Part shown: in pieces, positions 13,330 through 24,300 of the stretch | Layout of the letters: each line of letters opens with the position of its first letter | How positions within the stretch are numbered: position 1 is the stretch's first letter | Source of the DNA: Raillietiella orientalis | Taxonomy: Eukaryota | DNA length: 64,000 nucleotides | Reading direction: 5' to 3' | Assembly (NCBI GenBank): GCA_036172245.1 | Contig: JAYWIR010000069.1 | Span: 186,001 to 250,000, forward strand | The notes under the pieces: model-generated | Told to the model about the DNA's origin: nothing | Databases searched by the model: none | Seen by the model: only the letters and a program-made list of their open reading frames with translations | Position numbers and translations under genes: made by a program

Positions 13330-13520
13330 ATATATATATTTTTTTTTATTTGTCCCTTCCCCCTCCGCTGCCGAGTCGAACTTGCCGGCATGCGCGCTGG
13401 CTACTCGGCAAGTTCGACAGAGTTTTTGTCGGACGTTGTAGGGGCGATGGTCCTACACGTGTTTGTTCGTTCAGTGTTTCTACCAACAAAAATAAACGCC
13501 CCGGCGCACCCGGGTGTGAT
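13330..13520 (+). mobile_element. Isolated 3' UTR/terminus of the L1/Tx1-like family
   Basis: Same motif series as the other 3' ends in the window: pyrimidine tract, GAAC(C/T)TYGCCGG hairpin, AATAAA, then the CCCGG-N5-CCGGG stem-loop. Confidence 0.65.
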
Positions 13521-14029
13521 AGGTACCCTAGAGATCCCAGGATACACCGAATCCTCTCCGTGTCATCTGATGCAAAGATGTTGTCACCCTGACCGAAGAT
13601 GCTGTTCAGCAAACTTTCTCATATCCGGTAGTGCTCCGGCTCTGTCTTTATGTAATACACCAAAACAGTATAGAGAAGTTTGACCTCATCATCACTAAAG
13701 AAGGAAGCATGCGCTCCCTTCATAGGCCCGAATTCATTGGTCTTTCCATCCATTACTGCGGTGCTTTTCCCTACTGTACCGGCCTTCCCCTTCATCCGCC
13801 GCCCACTCCCAACCCACTTTTCATTGCCATGAGAAAGAGGGCAGGGAGACGTTCCAGTGTCCATCCACGAAAGCAGCAACGCAGACATCCAGGATGCATG
13901 ACCGCAGCTGATCTCCGTTGCTATCACTACCGAACACTCGTGTCTCTGCTCCCGGGCCGCCGACAAGATACTTATAGTTTTACGAAGGACACACGACTCT
14001 TGTCCTTAAGAGATCCTACGAGGAGCTGA

Positions 14030-14815
14030 TGGAAAAGATTAGAAAAGTGCTTAAAATAAGCCCATCTCAAACAAGAATTAGGAAATCGATCCTCAGGACA
14101 AGTCCGAGATCCAAAGGTTCTATCGCCTGAATCGTTTTCGGACAAACAGGGAATCGTTGCTCAATTGAAGCCGAAGAGAATGAGAAGCACTTTGAAAGAA
14201 AAGAAGGCTCTGTAGAGTTCCAGCTATGATTTCATTTGGGAGGGACGTGTTCCCATCCCTTATTGAGTTCACTCCACTTAAGCTAGAAGAGGTGGCTTTG
14301 TGGCTGAGGAAGGCTGAAAATTCATCCCCTGGGATGGATGGCATCACCTACTCTGGCTGGAGGATGGTGGATCCAGAGGCAAAGCTGTTGACTGCGTTAT
14401 TTAACATCTTCTTAAAACACAGAAAGATTCGAACAGTGTAGAAATGTTGAAGAACGCTGTTCACGTAATTCGGGAGTCACACGGTGAAGATTCGCTCCTT
14501 GCAGATGCCGAGGTTCTTACTGATAGCTCAGAAGAAGACATTCAAAAGAAGCTTCGGCATTTAGAGTCCCGTATTGGACGGTCAGGTCTCCGAATAAACC
14601 CGCAGAAATGCGCGGTTTTAAACTACTCGGGGAAACCAGCGAAAGGTACTAGGAGCTTGGAGCTGGAAGCCGGTGGTGACTTCATTCCCAGCTGGTCGCT
14701 CTCAGATGCGTACAAGTACTTGGGCAAGCCCTTTGGAGTTGAGGTGTTCACCTCCACGCCTACCAAGGAAAGGATGATAGCTAAGGCAATGGTTATCATG
14801 AAATTGATGCGTTAA
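14030..14815 (+). mobile_element. RLE-type (NeSL/Utopia-like) reverse transcriptase fragment with a large internal deletion
   Basis: RT domain 0 (EEVALWLRKAENSSPGMDGITYSGWRMVDPEAKLLTALFNIFL) is joined almost directly to domains 5-7 (LADAEVL...GLRINPQKCAVLNYSGKP...YKYLGKPFG). Confidence 0.8.
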
Positions 14816-14859
14816 AGACCTTTTCCTTTCCTAGCCTTGTGCATTTTTAAACGCAACAG

Positions 14860-15845
14860 CCGATTGCTAAATGCGCCCGTCCCGGGGAAGGACCTGCCTG
14901 CACAGCAGCGACTGCATCACCGGGCGGACGGACGCTTAAGGAAGAGAGGAACGAGGAGGAAGAGGTGGAGGAGAGACGCCGACTCTCGTTCGAGGTCAGC
15001 CACGAACCCGGGTCTGGCTGGTTCGGCCCACGGAGAGGCTCCGCTGGTGGGATCGATGTCCGACTGCCCGCCCCGGCCACCAGGTGGTATGGCCCGTCAG
15101 CGAGGATCGGGATCAGATCGCCGTCTTGACCTCTACCCACGGGGGCTGGGCTTCCGCCACCCCCACGATGCCAGTGCCGAGACGGCGGCGCTCTACGGGA
15201 ACCTGGACGCTCCCGACGCCCGAGGCGACATATTGCTGCCCGTCCGCTCCCGGTTTCGGGGGCGCGGCGCTTGCCGCTCACGCGGACTTTGATCCGCGGC
15301 AGATCTGCCGTCCCCACTTCCACCCCCATCTGCATCACTGAGTGTCCTCGGAGCCCAAGGCAGTCTCGAAATTCCGGCGGCGCCGCCCCTGCTGTCTCCT
15401 GGTGCTACCCCTTCCCGCCACCGCCGACGGCCTCGACGGCGTCGCCGTCGTCAGTGGAGACGTCCGCCACGACGACGACGGCGACGGCGAGGACGGCAGC
15501 CGCGGCCGCCCCCTTGGTGGGGTTCATCCCTTCGCCACCCCCATGTACCTGCATCCGTCCCAATTCGGATTCACTCTGGGCAAGGAGGCCGAGGACCCCG
15601 TCGGAGGTGCCGACCTCGCCCTGTTGGCCAGCTGTGCCTCCGCACTGGACCTGGAGTAGTCCCTGGACGAGACGCCGGTGACCGAAGGAGGAGGTCCCCA
15701 GAGATTGCTCTTCGCTCCCCCGATGTGAAGCTGCGGGGGTGTCAAGTACAGAGAAGAGAGTCGAGAGTGCGTCAACTGCGGCGCCGCGGCCACCCCCTCT
15801 GGCGCAGAGACTTCCCGGAGGATGGGCACCAGCTGCTCCAACTGC
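14860..15845 (+). pseudogene. Intronless, truncated GATA1/2/3 (grain-like) transcription factor pseudogene
   Basis: Ordered GATA123 motifs across frameshifts: LYGNLD, QICRPHFH, YPFPPPP, then zinc finger 1 start SRECVNCGAAAT/PLWRRD (15759-15811, with a 1-nt deletion). This is fused directly to the zinc finger 2 start SRRMGTSCSNC (15813-15845). The 5' boundary is uncertain. Confidence 0.85.
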
Positions 15846-17559
15846 ATTTTCAAAGGCTAGGCAACGGTGTGCGTCCTCTTCCTAAGAAACTGGGATTGCG
15901 AAGCGGCCTAAACGAGAACGGTTTCTTAGGAATAGGGCTCGCACGGTTGCCTTGCCAACTGCGTATCTGACATCCTTGCTAAGTTCGCGGAAGCTGCTGG
16001 CACATCCTGCCTCCATTCCCAGAACGAGTCGTGGCCTGCAGTGGGTAGGAAGGTGGATGTCGATCCAAGTTTCCCATCACGGAAGTCTCCATATGTCTTT
16101 TGGACTCTGTGGCTGAAGACACATGCAGTTATTCTTAAGCATCTGCACCCTGTGCCACGCTCGTTCCATGGAAAACTGGTCCTTTCGAAGGATTGACTGC
16201 ACTTCGAGGTTGTGCACGAAAAAAGAGCTCTCAGAGGATGATGATAGGAGCCTCGAAGTGTCCTCGCCATCGGAATATCTACAGGTCAAAGAGGACCTTG
16301 GAATGCTGTTCCAGTTTCCCGCTTCTGCTTTCGTGATTACATCGTTCCGTCTTGACTTGAAGCAGAAGCGGGAAACTGGAACAGCATTCCAATTTCCGGA
16401 TCACTGATCGCCCCGAGTTGCTCAGACGGGTTCCCAGCCACCATCTTCCGACAAATGCAAAGACGATTGTCCTTGCGAAATCAAGCAGTGGCACCGGAGG
16501 AGCCGCACACACGTTGGAAGCGAAGAAAGCAGTCTGAGACTCGCTTTTCGACGCCCCCACATCTCGTGCTGCAACGGGACGCCGACGGTTCGATGCAGGT
16601 CTTCGCACTCGAGATCGGCAGTTGCCACTCCAGCTCCCATTCAGGGGCGCTCTCCCGGATTTCGGGGGTTTCGTGATTTTCCCCGATTCAATCCTCGCGG
16701 CCATTTGCTGCACTCTCGAGAGCGCGGGCGACGCGTCCTTCCGCTTCGCACGCGCTCCCATTGATGGCGGATCATCGCGGCGGCAAGTTGGCAAACAGCA
16801 GTTGGCAGTGTTCCGCCTTGCCAGTCCCTGCTCCTGCCTTCGGGGCATGGGATTCAGCGGGATTAAGTTTCGGAAAGGGGAACCCGCGTTCCCGCGACGG
16901 GGTGAGAACAAACAGATGGAGACGCCCTGGTCCCCCCTACCGAATTTTGTTGGTAGAAGGTCTCCCCACCCTCTCACTCCTGTTTTTTTTTTTTGTCATC
17001 TCTGTGCAACGTGGAACGGGAGTTGGTTCGCCTCGCTCCATACAGGTTGCAGCCTTCCTCGTAGAGCGAAACCGAGGTTCTTGAAGCGTGAAAACCTCGT
17101 CTTCCGCATTTTCCAGAGACTCTGGGCACAGTGCCGCGTAGGGGGCGCACCGGGTCACGCTCGGCTCCTGGCTGGCGAGAGCAGACCTGACCTTTGCCTA
17201 CAAAGAATCGTGATGAGCTGCAGAGCTGCTCAGAGACACCGGGACTGGATGGCCGATGGTCAGAGCTTCCGGGAACAGATTCCGAAGTTGAAGCTGGAAG
17301 CCGGTTCTTCTTCTCCAAAGAGCAGTCGGACAAGGAGGAAGGACATCCTTACCCCCACTGCGCCTCCAGTGGGAACCCTCGTCACCGCAAAGCGCGATCG
17401 TCGCAGGATCCCTGGTAGCTCTGCATTCGTGGACGGAACGTTGGGGAAACAAAAAATTCCCAAGAAAGCGGACGGAGCGCAACGAGTGAGTCTTAGAAAC
17501 AAAAGATCGAAGAGAGACGAGAAGAGGGAGACAAAGATGGACTTCCCTTCCTCCGTCTT

Positions 17560-18710
17560 CTCGCATCCTCTCTTGAGAATCAACCGTAATGAAGCAGTTT
17601 CTCAAATGCCCTGCGCTGATAGAAGGCAGATGACGTGTGCTCGATTACCGCAACGGTTGGTCAGTGTCCCGGAGCGCTATCTGTCTCTCGTCAGCAGCCA
17701 CCGCAGTGCGACCCAGCGCGGACGGATCTTCAATCCTCAAGGAAGGACGCTCGCGATCGTGGCGTCTGCCAGCTGTCCCATGGTCCAACTGCTCATCTTT
17801 TATCTGTCTGCAATCCGTCAGGAGACATGCCACCTCAGCGTCTGGCTGCTGCCAAGTGCCCCCCTTTGAAAGAGCATCGTCGTAGAGAGGGGTCTGTCGT
17901 CTCTGCCCACGTGCTCCTTGCGGGACACTACAGTGTATTCCGCATCGAGTAGCGGGCGTAGCTACTGATGCGGTGGCCTTGGTGAAGGAAAACGCATGGA
18001 TCTCCTGTCACCCCGCGAGCTACACCGCCTGTCACCACGCATTCAGCTGACGCGTGGGCGAGAACCAGCAGTTCTAGCGAGGAGGACGTTCGCCTGTTCG
18101 TGGCGTGGCGGGAACGCTCATCGGTCGCTGTAGGACATCCTCAGCAACCCGAGAAAAGTGCCGTGGACTTCGTTTACCCACCGTATGTGGATGCTGTGCC
18201 GACCTCCCACCCCTTGAGGATCGCCTAGCGATGACTCTTGGAACCCCGATGGGCGGCCCCAGGAGCGTTTTTCAGACGCCTTTCCATCCGCGTACCACTC
18301 GCGTCCCTCGATGTCCACTGCCTGTGTTCGCGGGATGATAGCGGCTGGAACGCAGGAAGAAGAGGTCAGAAAGGACTGCAATCTTTTCGAGGACCGCCAC
18401 GAGATGGCTCCACCTGGGCAACATGCGGAGCGAACTTGCCAGCATTCTACGACAGGATTCAATGAACGCCTTGCAGAGAGCTACGATCTCTTCCTTGGGA
18501 CCGCCCTCTCTTTCCCGACGAAAATTTCCCCATCCTTTCTTTTGTTTGTTTCTTTTTGTCTTCGTAGCCGAAGAGGACCTCGCCGGTCTGCGCACCGGTG
18601 CTCGGCGGTGTTTCCTTTCTACTACATGATGAAACCACGTGCTCTGACCCAAAATGTAAACTTGCTATTTCATATAATAAATGCCCGGGGCAAAACAGGG
18701 TGAAAAACTC
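17560..18710 (+). mobile_element. L1/Tx1-like ORF2 3' fragment with 3' UTR
   Basis: Degenerate zf-RVT region with a CVRGMIAA motif (compare CVRGILVAW at 40287-40709), ending in AATAAA and the family stem-loop at about 18676-18710. Confidence 0.6.
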
Positions 18711-19959
18711 CCGGTGCAGGACGGCATGTGGCGTCTCCCAGTGATTTCACCTTTTAGATCCATCCTCCTTGATTCTCGTCTTACACCATGTGGTCCTAAG
18801 CTTTCAGAGGTTTCGTTTTCAGAGGATCGTTGGTCACCCAATAGCCAAAGGGCAGTTCTGGGCACACTGAAAAGATCGCCTAGTTGTTCACCAGCTCCGA
18901 CACACCCCAAGTACGAGAGGGACCAGACGGAAGAGCACTCAGTCCACCCAGACAGAGAAAAGCACGTTCTACACGCCGGTGGCCATTGTGCTTGTTTGCT
19001 CTTCTGCTATCGCCAGCGCTCCGGAGATGTCAGTCTTTCCAGTAGACTTCCCAGCAGCTTCTGGAACACAACTTCGGTGGCACCATCCCATGCAGAGCGC
19101 GTGCTAGTGAGGAATCTCTTCTTCGATCCGGAAACCGGCTCCCACGATGGCAATGCTTCCCTTCTGAAGTGCCCTTCGACATCTTCTGTTTCTTCGTGCA
19201 TCTCTATTATCGAAAAGGCCTTCCATCCCAAAAGAGCGCTTAGGCCCCAGACTGAGGCGGCGGGCCGTGTGGCTGCGGTCTCCGCGCGTGGTACCGACTG
19301 TCGCGGGTTCGATCCCCACGTGAAGAATCGACGTCGAGAGATGGGTGCGTCATGAGTTTCGATTCCCCCTCGTGGGACGACGCTGGCTGGTCAGTAGGTT
19401 TGGATGCCCCGTTGACTGTCCGGGATTGGAAGCTGACCCTCCAAGATACTTCCGGAAATCGAAAATCCCTTCGAGGTTCCCCTCCGGTTGTGAAAATGGA
19501 GCCGTTATCATGGAGCTGGTTGACAATCCTTTGCCTTGCTTTTTTCGTTCTCCTTCCTCTTTCTCCTCTTCCTCTTCCTACATACTCCCTTTGTCCTCTT
19601 CCTCCTCCTCGTTTTCCTTTCCCCCTTCCGCTTCTTCCTTTCCTCCTTCCTTCTCTCTTTCTTCCTCCCATCTCATCCACCTCGCCAGAGTGCAAGAAGC
19701 TCCTGCTGCTTCCGGGGTGTCGCGCTTTGGAGAAATCGGGAAGCGTTTCTTTGGGGGGTTCTTTTGGCCAGTCAACAGGCCATTCAGCCGTTCTCCTTCG
19801 CCAGGGTGGTCATGCGTCCGAGGAGGAGACTGCATCTTCTCACCTTCCCGTCAGAGCAAAAAAGGTAGGAGGAAGGCGCTTCCGTACACGGCTGCCAAGG
19901 AAATATGAAGGAACGCACCAGAGGACGCTTCTGTACTACGCTGCAATGGCCATCGTCCG

Positions 19960-21420
19960 CCACCGCAGCTGGACTTTCATCCGCTCCAGCGTCAGGAGGC
20001 AGGGACTGACTTTCCTGTGAGGAGCATGCGGGTCCTTCCACTGGACTCGGGATCTGCTCTCGCTCCACAAGGCGATTCGCACGAGGTCCTTCGTACGCTT
20101 TTTAGCTTTTTGGGGGATGGGGCAAAAAAAAGGAAGGGGATAAGGAGAGAAGCCCTTGGCACCAACTCAAGGTAAGTGCCAAAGAGCAGGGGGCTCAGGC
20201 TACCTTCCTGACTATGACGCCCCGCACCGACACGCCGTACACTTGGAGTGCCCCCGACACCCTTGAAAAGGATGCTAATCAACGCATGGCTCCAGCAGGA
20301 GCGCAGGTACGTTGTTAAGGCGTTCGGGAAGCCCATGCCATCGAGAAGCTTCAGAGGAAGCTTTTGTCTCACGAATTCCAATGTTTTTCGCAGGTCGACT
20401 GTGACCGCTAGGGCTCCTGTTCCTGCCCGTCCTTTCCCTGAAAAGCGGACGAACTGAATGTCGTTTTGGATTGCCTTCAATTTCCTCCCTTCCTTCTTCT
20501 CTGCTCTGTAGCTGAGACCATATGATGGCGAAGAACGGCATCTATGCTTCTCCCGGGTAGAGTTCAAGTCTGCTCCGCGCTAATTACGCAATTCACCACT
20601 TGCCTTGATGCGTCACCCTGTAACGTCGCCAGCAGCTGGGCGTTCGAGTCCAACATGGTGGTCGGACGACAGTTGCCAATTTGCCTCAGGTCTCCTCTCT
20701 AGAAGAGAAGGCGCCCCCTCGCTGATCGTGGAACTAGGCGCGAACGTCGCCTGCATCCCGAAGCAGCGAGATCGACTTCTGAACCTGGAAAGACAGCTCT
20801 GCCGCGAAGCACTGGTGGAACTCCACAGGCAGGCCGTCCTCCATTGGCGCCTTCCTCCTCTTGAGCTTCCCGATAGTGGCGATTATCTCGTCGATCGTGA
20901 AAGGCGCGTCGAGGCTTTCCTTCTTCTCCTGCCCTACTGCTGGGGCACCTTCCGGTAGCAGTAGCCGCGAGACGTCCCGCTCTGGAGGTGCCCTCGCGAA
21001 AAGAGAGGAAAAGGATCTTCTCATTAAACTTCTTACCTGAGCCGGAGCCGAATATTCCCGGCTGTGGTCGTCCTGGGAGCATCGGATTGCCAGGTTTGGC
21101 GTTCGGTCCCGGCTCGGCACTCCGCCAGGAAACGGATGTTCGGGGTCCTCACGTAGCGTCGGGCGTGCAAGTGCGCCCTTCTATTGAGGACCCCTTCCCC
21201 AAGCCCTACGGACACAGGGTCTAGGGTCGACTGCTCGCAGAACACGTGGACTTCCGGATCCTCGGAAAGGATCCGGAAGTCCACGTGTTTCCGAGGGGTC
21301 CCACCGGAGAAGATACGAAAATGGTTCCCTTCGGATACAACCAGGGATACACCCAAGCATTGCCCTTTCCGGGTACCATCCTAAACGTCAGACACCCACG
21401 GTTGCGACTCCTGGGATGCC
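19960..21420 (-). mobile_element. L1/Tx1-like ORF2 fragment: endonuclease end plus RT domains 0-4
   Basis: LDAPFTIDEIIATIGKLKRRKAPMEDGLPVEFHQCF (RT domain 0), AVTVDLRK...MGFP (domain 3) and QEGSLSPLLF (domain 4). Confidence 0.85.
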
Positions 21421-21499
21421 TCCGACATCTGCTGTTTCGTGCATCTCTGTAACCGAAAAGCTTTCCTATCCTCAAGAACGTTTTGGTCTCACTGTAGGG

Positions 21500-22390
21500 A
21501 GATTATGGCCATAGTGATGTTATGAATCGAGGAAGGAAACCTAAGCGTTTGATCCATTCGGCAAACGTCCTCTGTCCTGGAGCTCAGAAAGAGCCGGGAA
21601 TCGCTTCCCATTCTTTTCACAATTTTCAGCATCAAGAACAGCTGCACAATAACCACCTGAAGAATCCATCAGTCGCACTCACTGACTCATTCGGGTCCAC
21701 AGCGCTCTGGTCAGAATGCTCACCACATTTTGTCTTTAAAGTTTGAAAAGCATCCAAAAGATGTAGACCATAGCCACCATGTGCTGGAGTGGACTCCATC
21801 ACCTTTTCGACTTCAGTTCCAAAAAGCTTTCTTGGACCTCGTAACTCTAATGGTTTCCAGGTGATGCCGGAAGGGTAATGGAGGTAAAGATTCCGGAACA
21901 GTAATCACAGCAATTTTTCTCCTACAAAATCATTTCCGAAATGAAAACCGAAATTCTAGCTTTCATGGAGGAGGTTCCAGATGCTCCCTGGGCAGTGAGC
22001 TGGACGCAGGATCCATTCAAAGATCACATCCCGATTCTTGTGCAGGAAACTTTCATGATTTCCTCCTAAGATGCCGTAGGCGGATACCTCAAGAGCTACT
22101 CCAAATTACCTGATGCCTACTTCGTATGGGAAATGGTGCCTAATATATACTGATGGATCAGATAATACTCTTGGTTATATAACCACATTAAGCTGGTCAA
22201 TGAGGGACCGTGGTAGCAATATGGAACACATGGGTCGTGGACATTTGAGGGAGTCCAGCTGTTTATGTTCTAGAAGAATCGCCTGCAACTGTGCCGGAGT
22301 CGTAGTGAGAAGCATGCCAACTGCACAAAGCCGGTCGTCGTCTTGCAACCTCTTGCACGTCGTTGCAGGAACAGATGTGCCGTCAGTGAT
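21500..22390 (-). pseudogene. Possible second viral glycoprotein C-terminal fragment (endogenous viral element)
   Basis: AT-richer island. LLTTTPAQLQAILL resembles the gB-like (N/S)PTxxARxLLG helix, and the fragment ends in a hydrophobic segment (WILQVVIVQLFLMLKIVKR). Many stops. Confidence 0.35.
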
Positions 22391-22399
22391 GATCATCAA

Positions 22400-24300
22400 C
22401 ATTGGAAAGCATTCGAGGAAGGTCCCTTTTCGTTCCGTCGGGTGGGGCTACATGCCGACACTCCGTGGGGACGGATCCGCCCTGGCAGTGGCAGGGAGGC
22501 TGCTGTCCCCCGCGCCGACGGATGGGTGCACCATGGGTTTCGAGCCTCTGCCGCAGGATGGCGCTTTCGATTTCACTTCCAGGCGATGATCCCGCAACAG
22601 CTAAAACCAGATGCTCCCATCAGCTGCCTTGAACGGAAACCAGAGGGTCTCCGACGGGATCTACGGCTCTTCGGATGTACCGAAGCTCGAGAATGCAAGG
22701 ATGCTGAGGTCCTCGACGCTGCATCCAATCGTTACTGCGCGTCATATCGCGAAAAGCCGGCATGGCAACCGCCGTGCATGTCGACAGAGAGAGCAAATTC
22801 TATCACGAGCATTCCGTGCCGACGCTGCCACCAGTGCAGATCGTTTCAAACTGACAACCGGCCATGGCAACCACTTCCCGACTCTTTCCCGGGGTACCCT
22901 CGGAGAGGACCATCCTGTGAATCAAGGAAATATCCGGAGGAAGGAGTTCGTTCCTCGCACTTTGGGGAGGCAACCTCGAAGGGATCTCCTCTTTCTTATT
23001 CTCCCCGGAGGGACCCTAGGAAAGGAACCGCTCCCTGTTTCCTCTTTCGAAGAAAACCTCCCAGGGACGCCTTCAGACTTCTCTGAAGGGTCGGTCAGCG
23101 CCCTTCTTGGCACTTTGAAGAGGTCCACCAGCTCTATGGTACTAGGTGGACGGCTCTATTTTCTCATCCTCGATTCCCGGAAGGAACCCGGAAGGTCATC
23201 TTCTACTCCCGGCCTATCGACGGGGGCATCCGGTGGTTTCCAGCTTCCACCAGTGCTGCACTTGAAAACCTATAGGCCAACCGTCGCCATCTCGCAGGGG
23301 GAACTCGGAATCCGCGACGCACCCCCCATTTCTCGGCGCTGACCCTTCCTCGGGCGGGATTCGAACGCACGACGCCCGCCACCACGGGCTGAGAGGAACT
23401 GCACGTCCTCCAAGCCGGGTCCATCCACGCAGTGCCGGCGTGTTGCCATCCGAGGGCGGAAGGTCCGGCGATCGAATCCCTGGTTACCTCCCCGGAAATC
23501 AACCCACTCGGATATGCCTCTCCCTCCCTCCGTCATCCAGCGGACAGCACTGAAAGGTCCACGGTTCTTCGCTCCACCGCTCGAGGAGGAAATCCGGACC
23601 TATTCTTCCGCGGCCGCCCACGGACGATCCAAGATGCGATCTCTGGCATCTTCCGCCAACCCCGCCGCGTGGAGCCGATCGGCAACTTCTTAATAAGCTG
23701 CAGCTCGAGACGACGCCCACAGAGTTTTCGAGAGCGGCTGGGAAACTCGACTGGGCTCCAAGTTCGGCATCCTCTCTGCGCGGGGAAGTTTTCGAGCATC
23801 GCGGAATACTTGCGAGAACAATTTTCTTCCGATCCGTAAGCAGGGAGGAGCTCTCGAGATCCTCGAGCGCGCTGCCATTGCCGCCGCCTCCGTTAAAAGC
23901 TTTTGAATCGATGCGCAGCAAGAATCTACCACTCGAGTGCCTGGAAAGTTCCTCGTCGAGTTTGGACCGCAGTCTCACGCTCTTCGCTTGCTGGCGATGC
24001 GCAGCAGCAGGATCAACCACTCGAGTTCTTGGAAAGTTCTTTGTCGAGTTTGGACCGCAGTCTGACGATCTTCATCTTCCGCGGGCATGGGATTAAGATC
24101 CCCTGTTCTCCCTTCCGCCTGAGTTGCCTTCGCCCGGGCTTGCTCGAGTGCGTGCTCTTCCACATAGGAATGCAGCTTTTTTCCTTCTTACATCCTCTCT
24201 CGGATTCCTCCAGGAAGGCGCCTCTTTCCTCCCTGGGCATTTGCGCTCGGTGTAAGCGAGGATTCCGTGAGCCACTCACGTTGAGCAAACACGTCCCGGT
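22400..24300 (-). mobile_element. ORF1/5' region of the L1/Tx1-like family
   Basis: The same GC-rich internally repetitive block (ELVDLFKVPRRAL...VPPGRIRKRRSLRG) recurs at 27.9-28.2, 45.5-46.1, 48.1-48.7, 59.3-59.5 and 61.4-61.8 kb. It includes a tandem duplication of about 55 bp at 23927-24075. Confidence 0.55.

Noticed and set aside
12400..13330. Possible dsRNA-virus or other captured gene fragment
   Set aside because: Protein-like minus-strand stretches exist, but I recognise no motif that would support a call.
13365..13420. HDV-like ribozyme in the LINE UTR hairpin
   Set aside because: I could not build the nested double pseudoknot, and the motif is at the 3' end rather than the 5' end where such ribozymes usually occur.
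16622..17869. Longest ORF in the track (415 aa)
   Set aside because: No recognisable domain, Arg/Ser/Pro-rich composition typical of GC-rich shadow frames, and it spans unrelated fragments.
19268..19325. Complete tRNA gene
   Set aside because: Only the T-arm-like portion is present, with no acceptor stem, D-arm or anticodon arm.
19540..19680. Pyrimidine-rich low-complexity tract and its membrane-protein-like ORFs (also 58040-58110)
   Set aside because: Simple CT-rich sequence that produces spurious Phe/Leu/Ser-rich translations.
22880..23110. CRISPR-like or regularly spaced repeat array
   Set aside because: The units are degenerate, irregular and part of the retroelement 5'/ORF1 region, with no constant repeat, unique spacers or cas genes.
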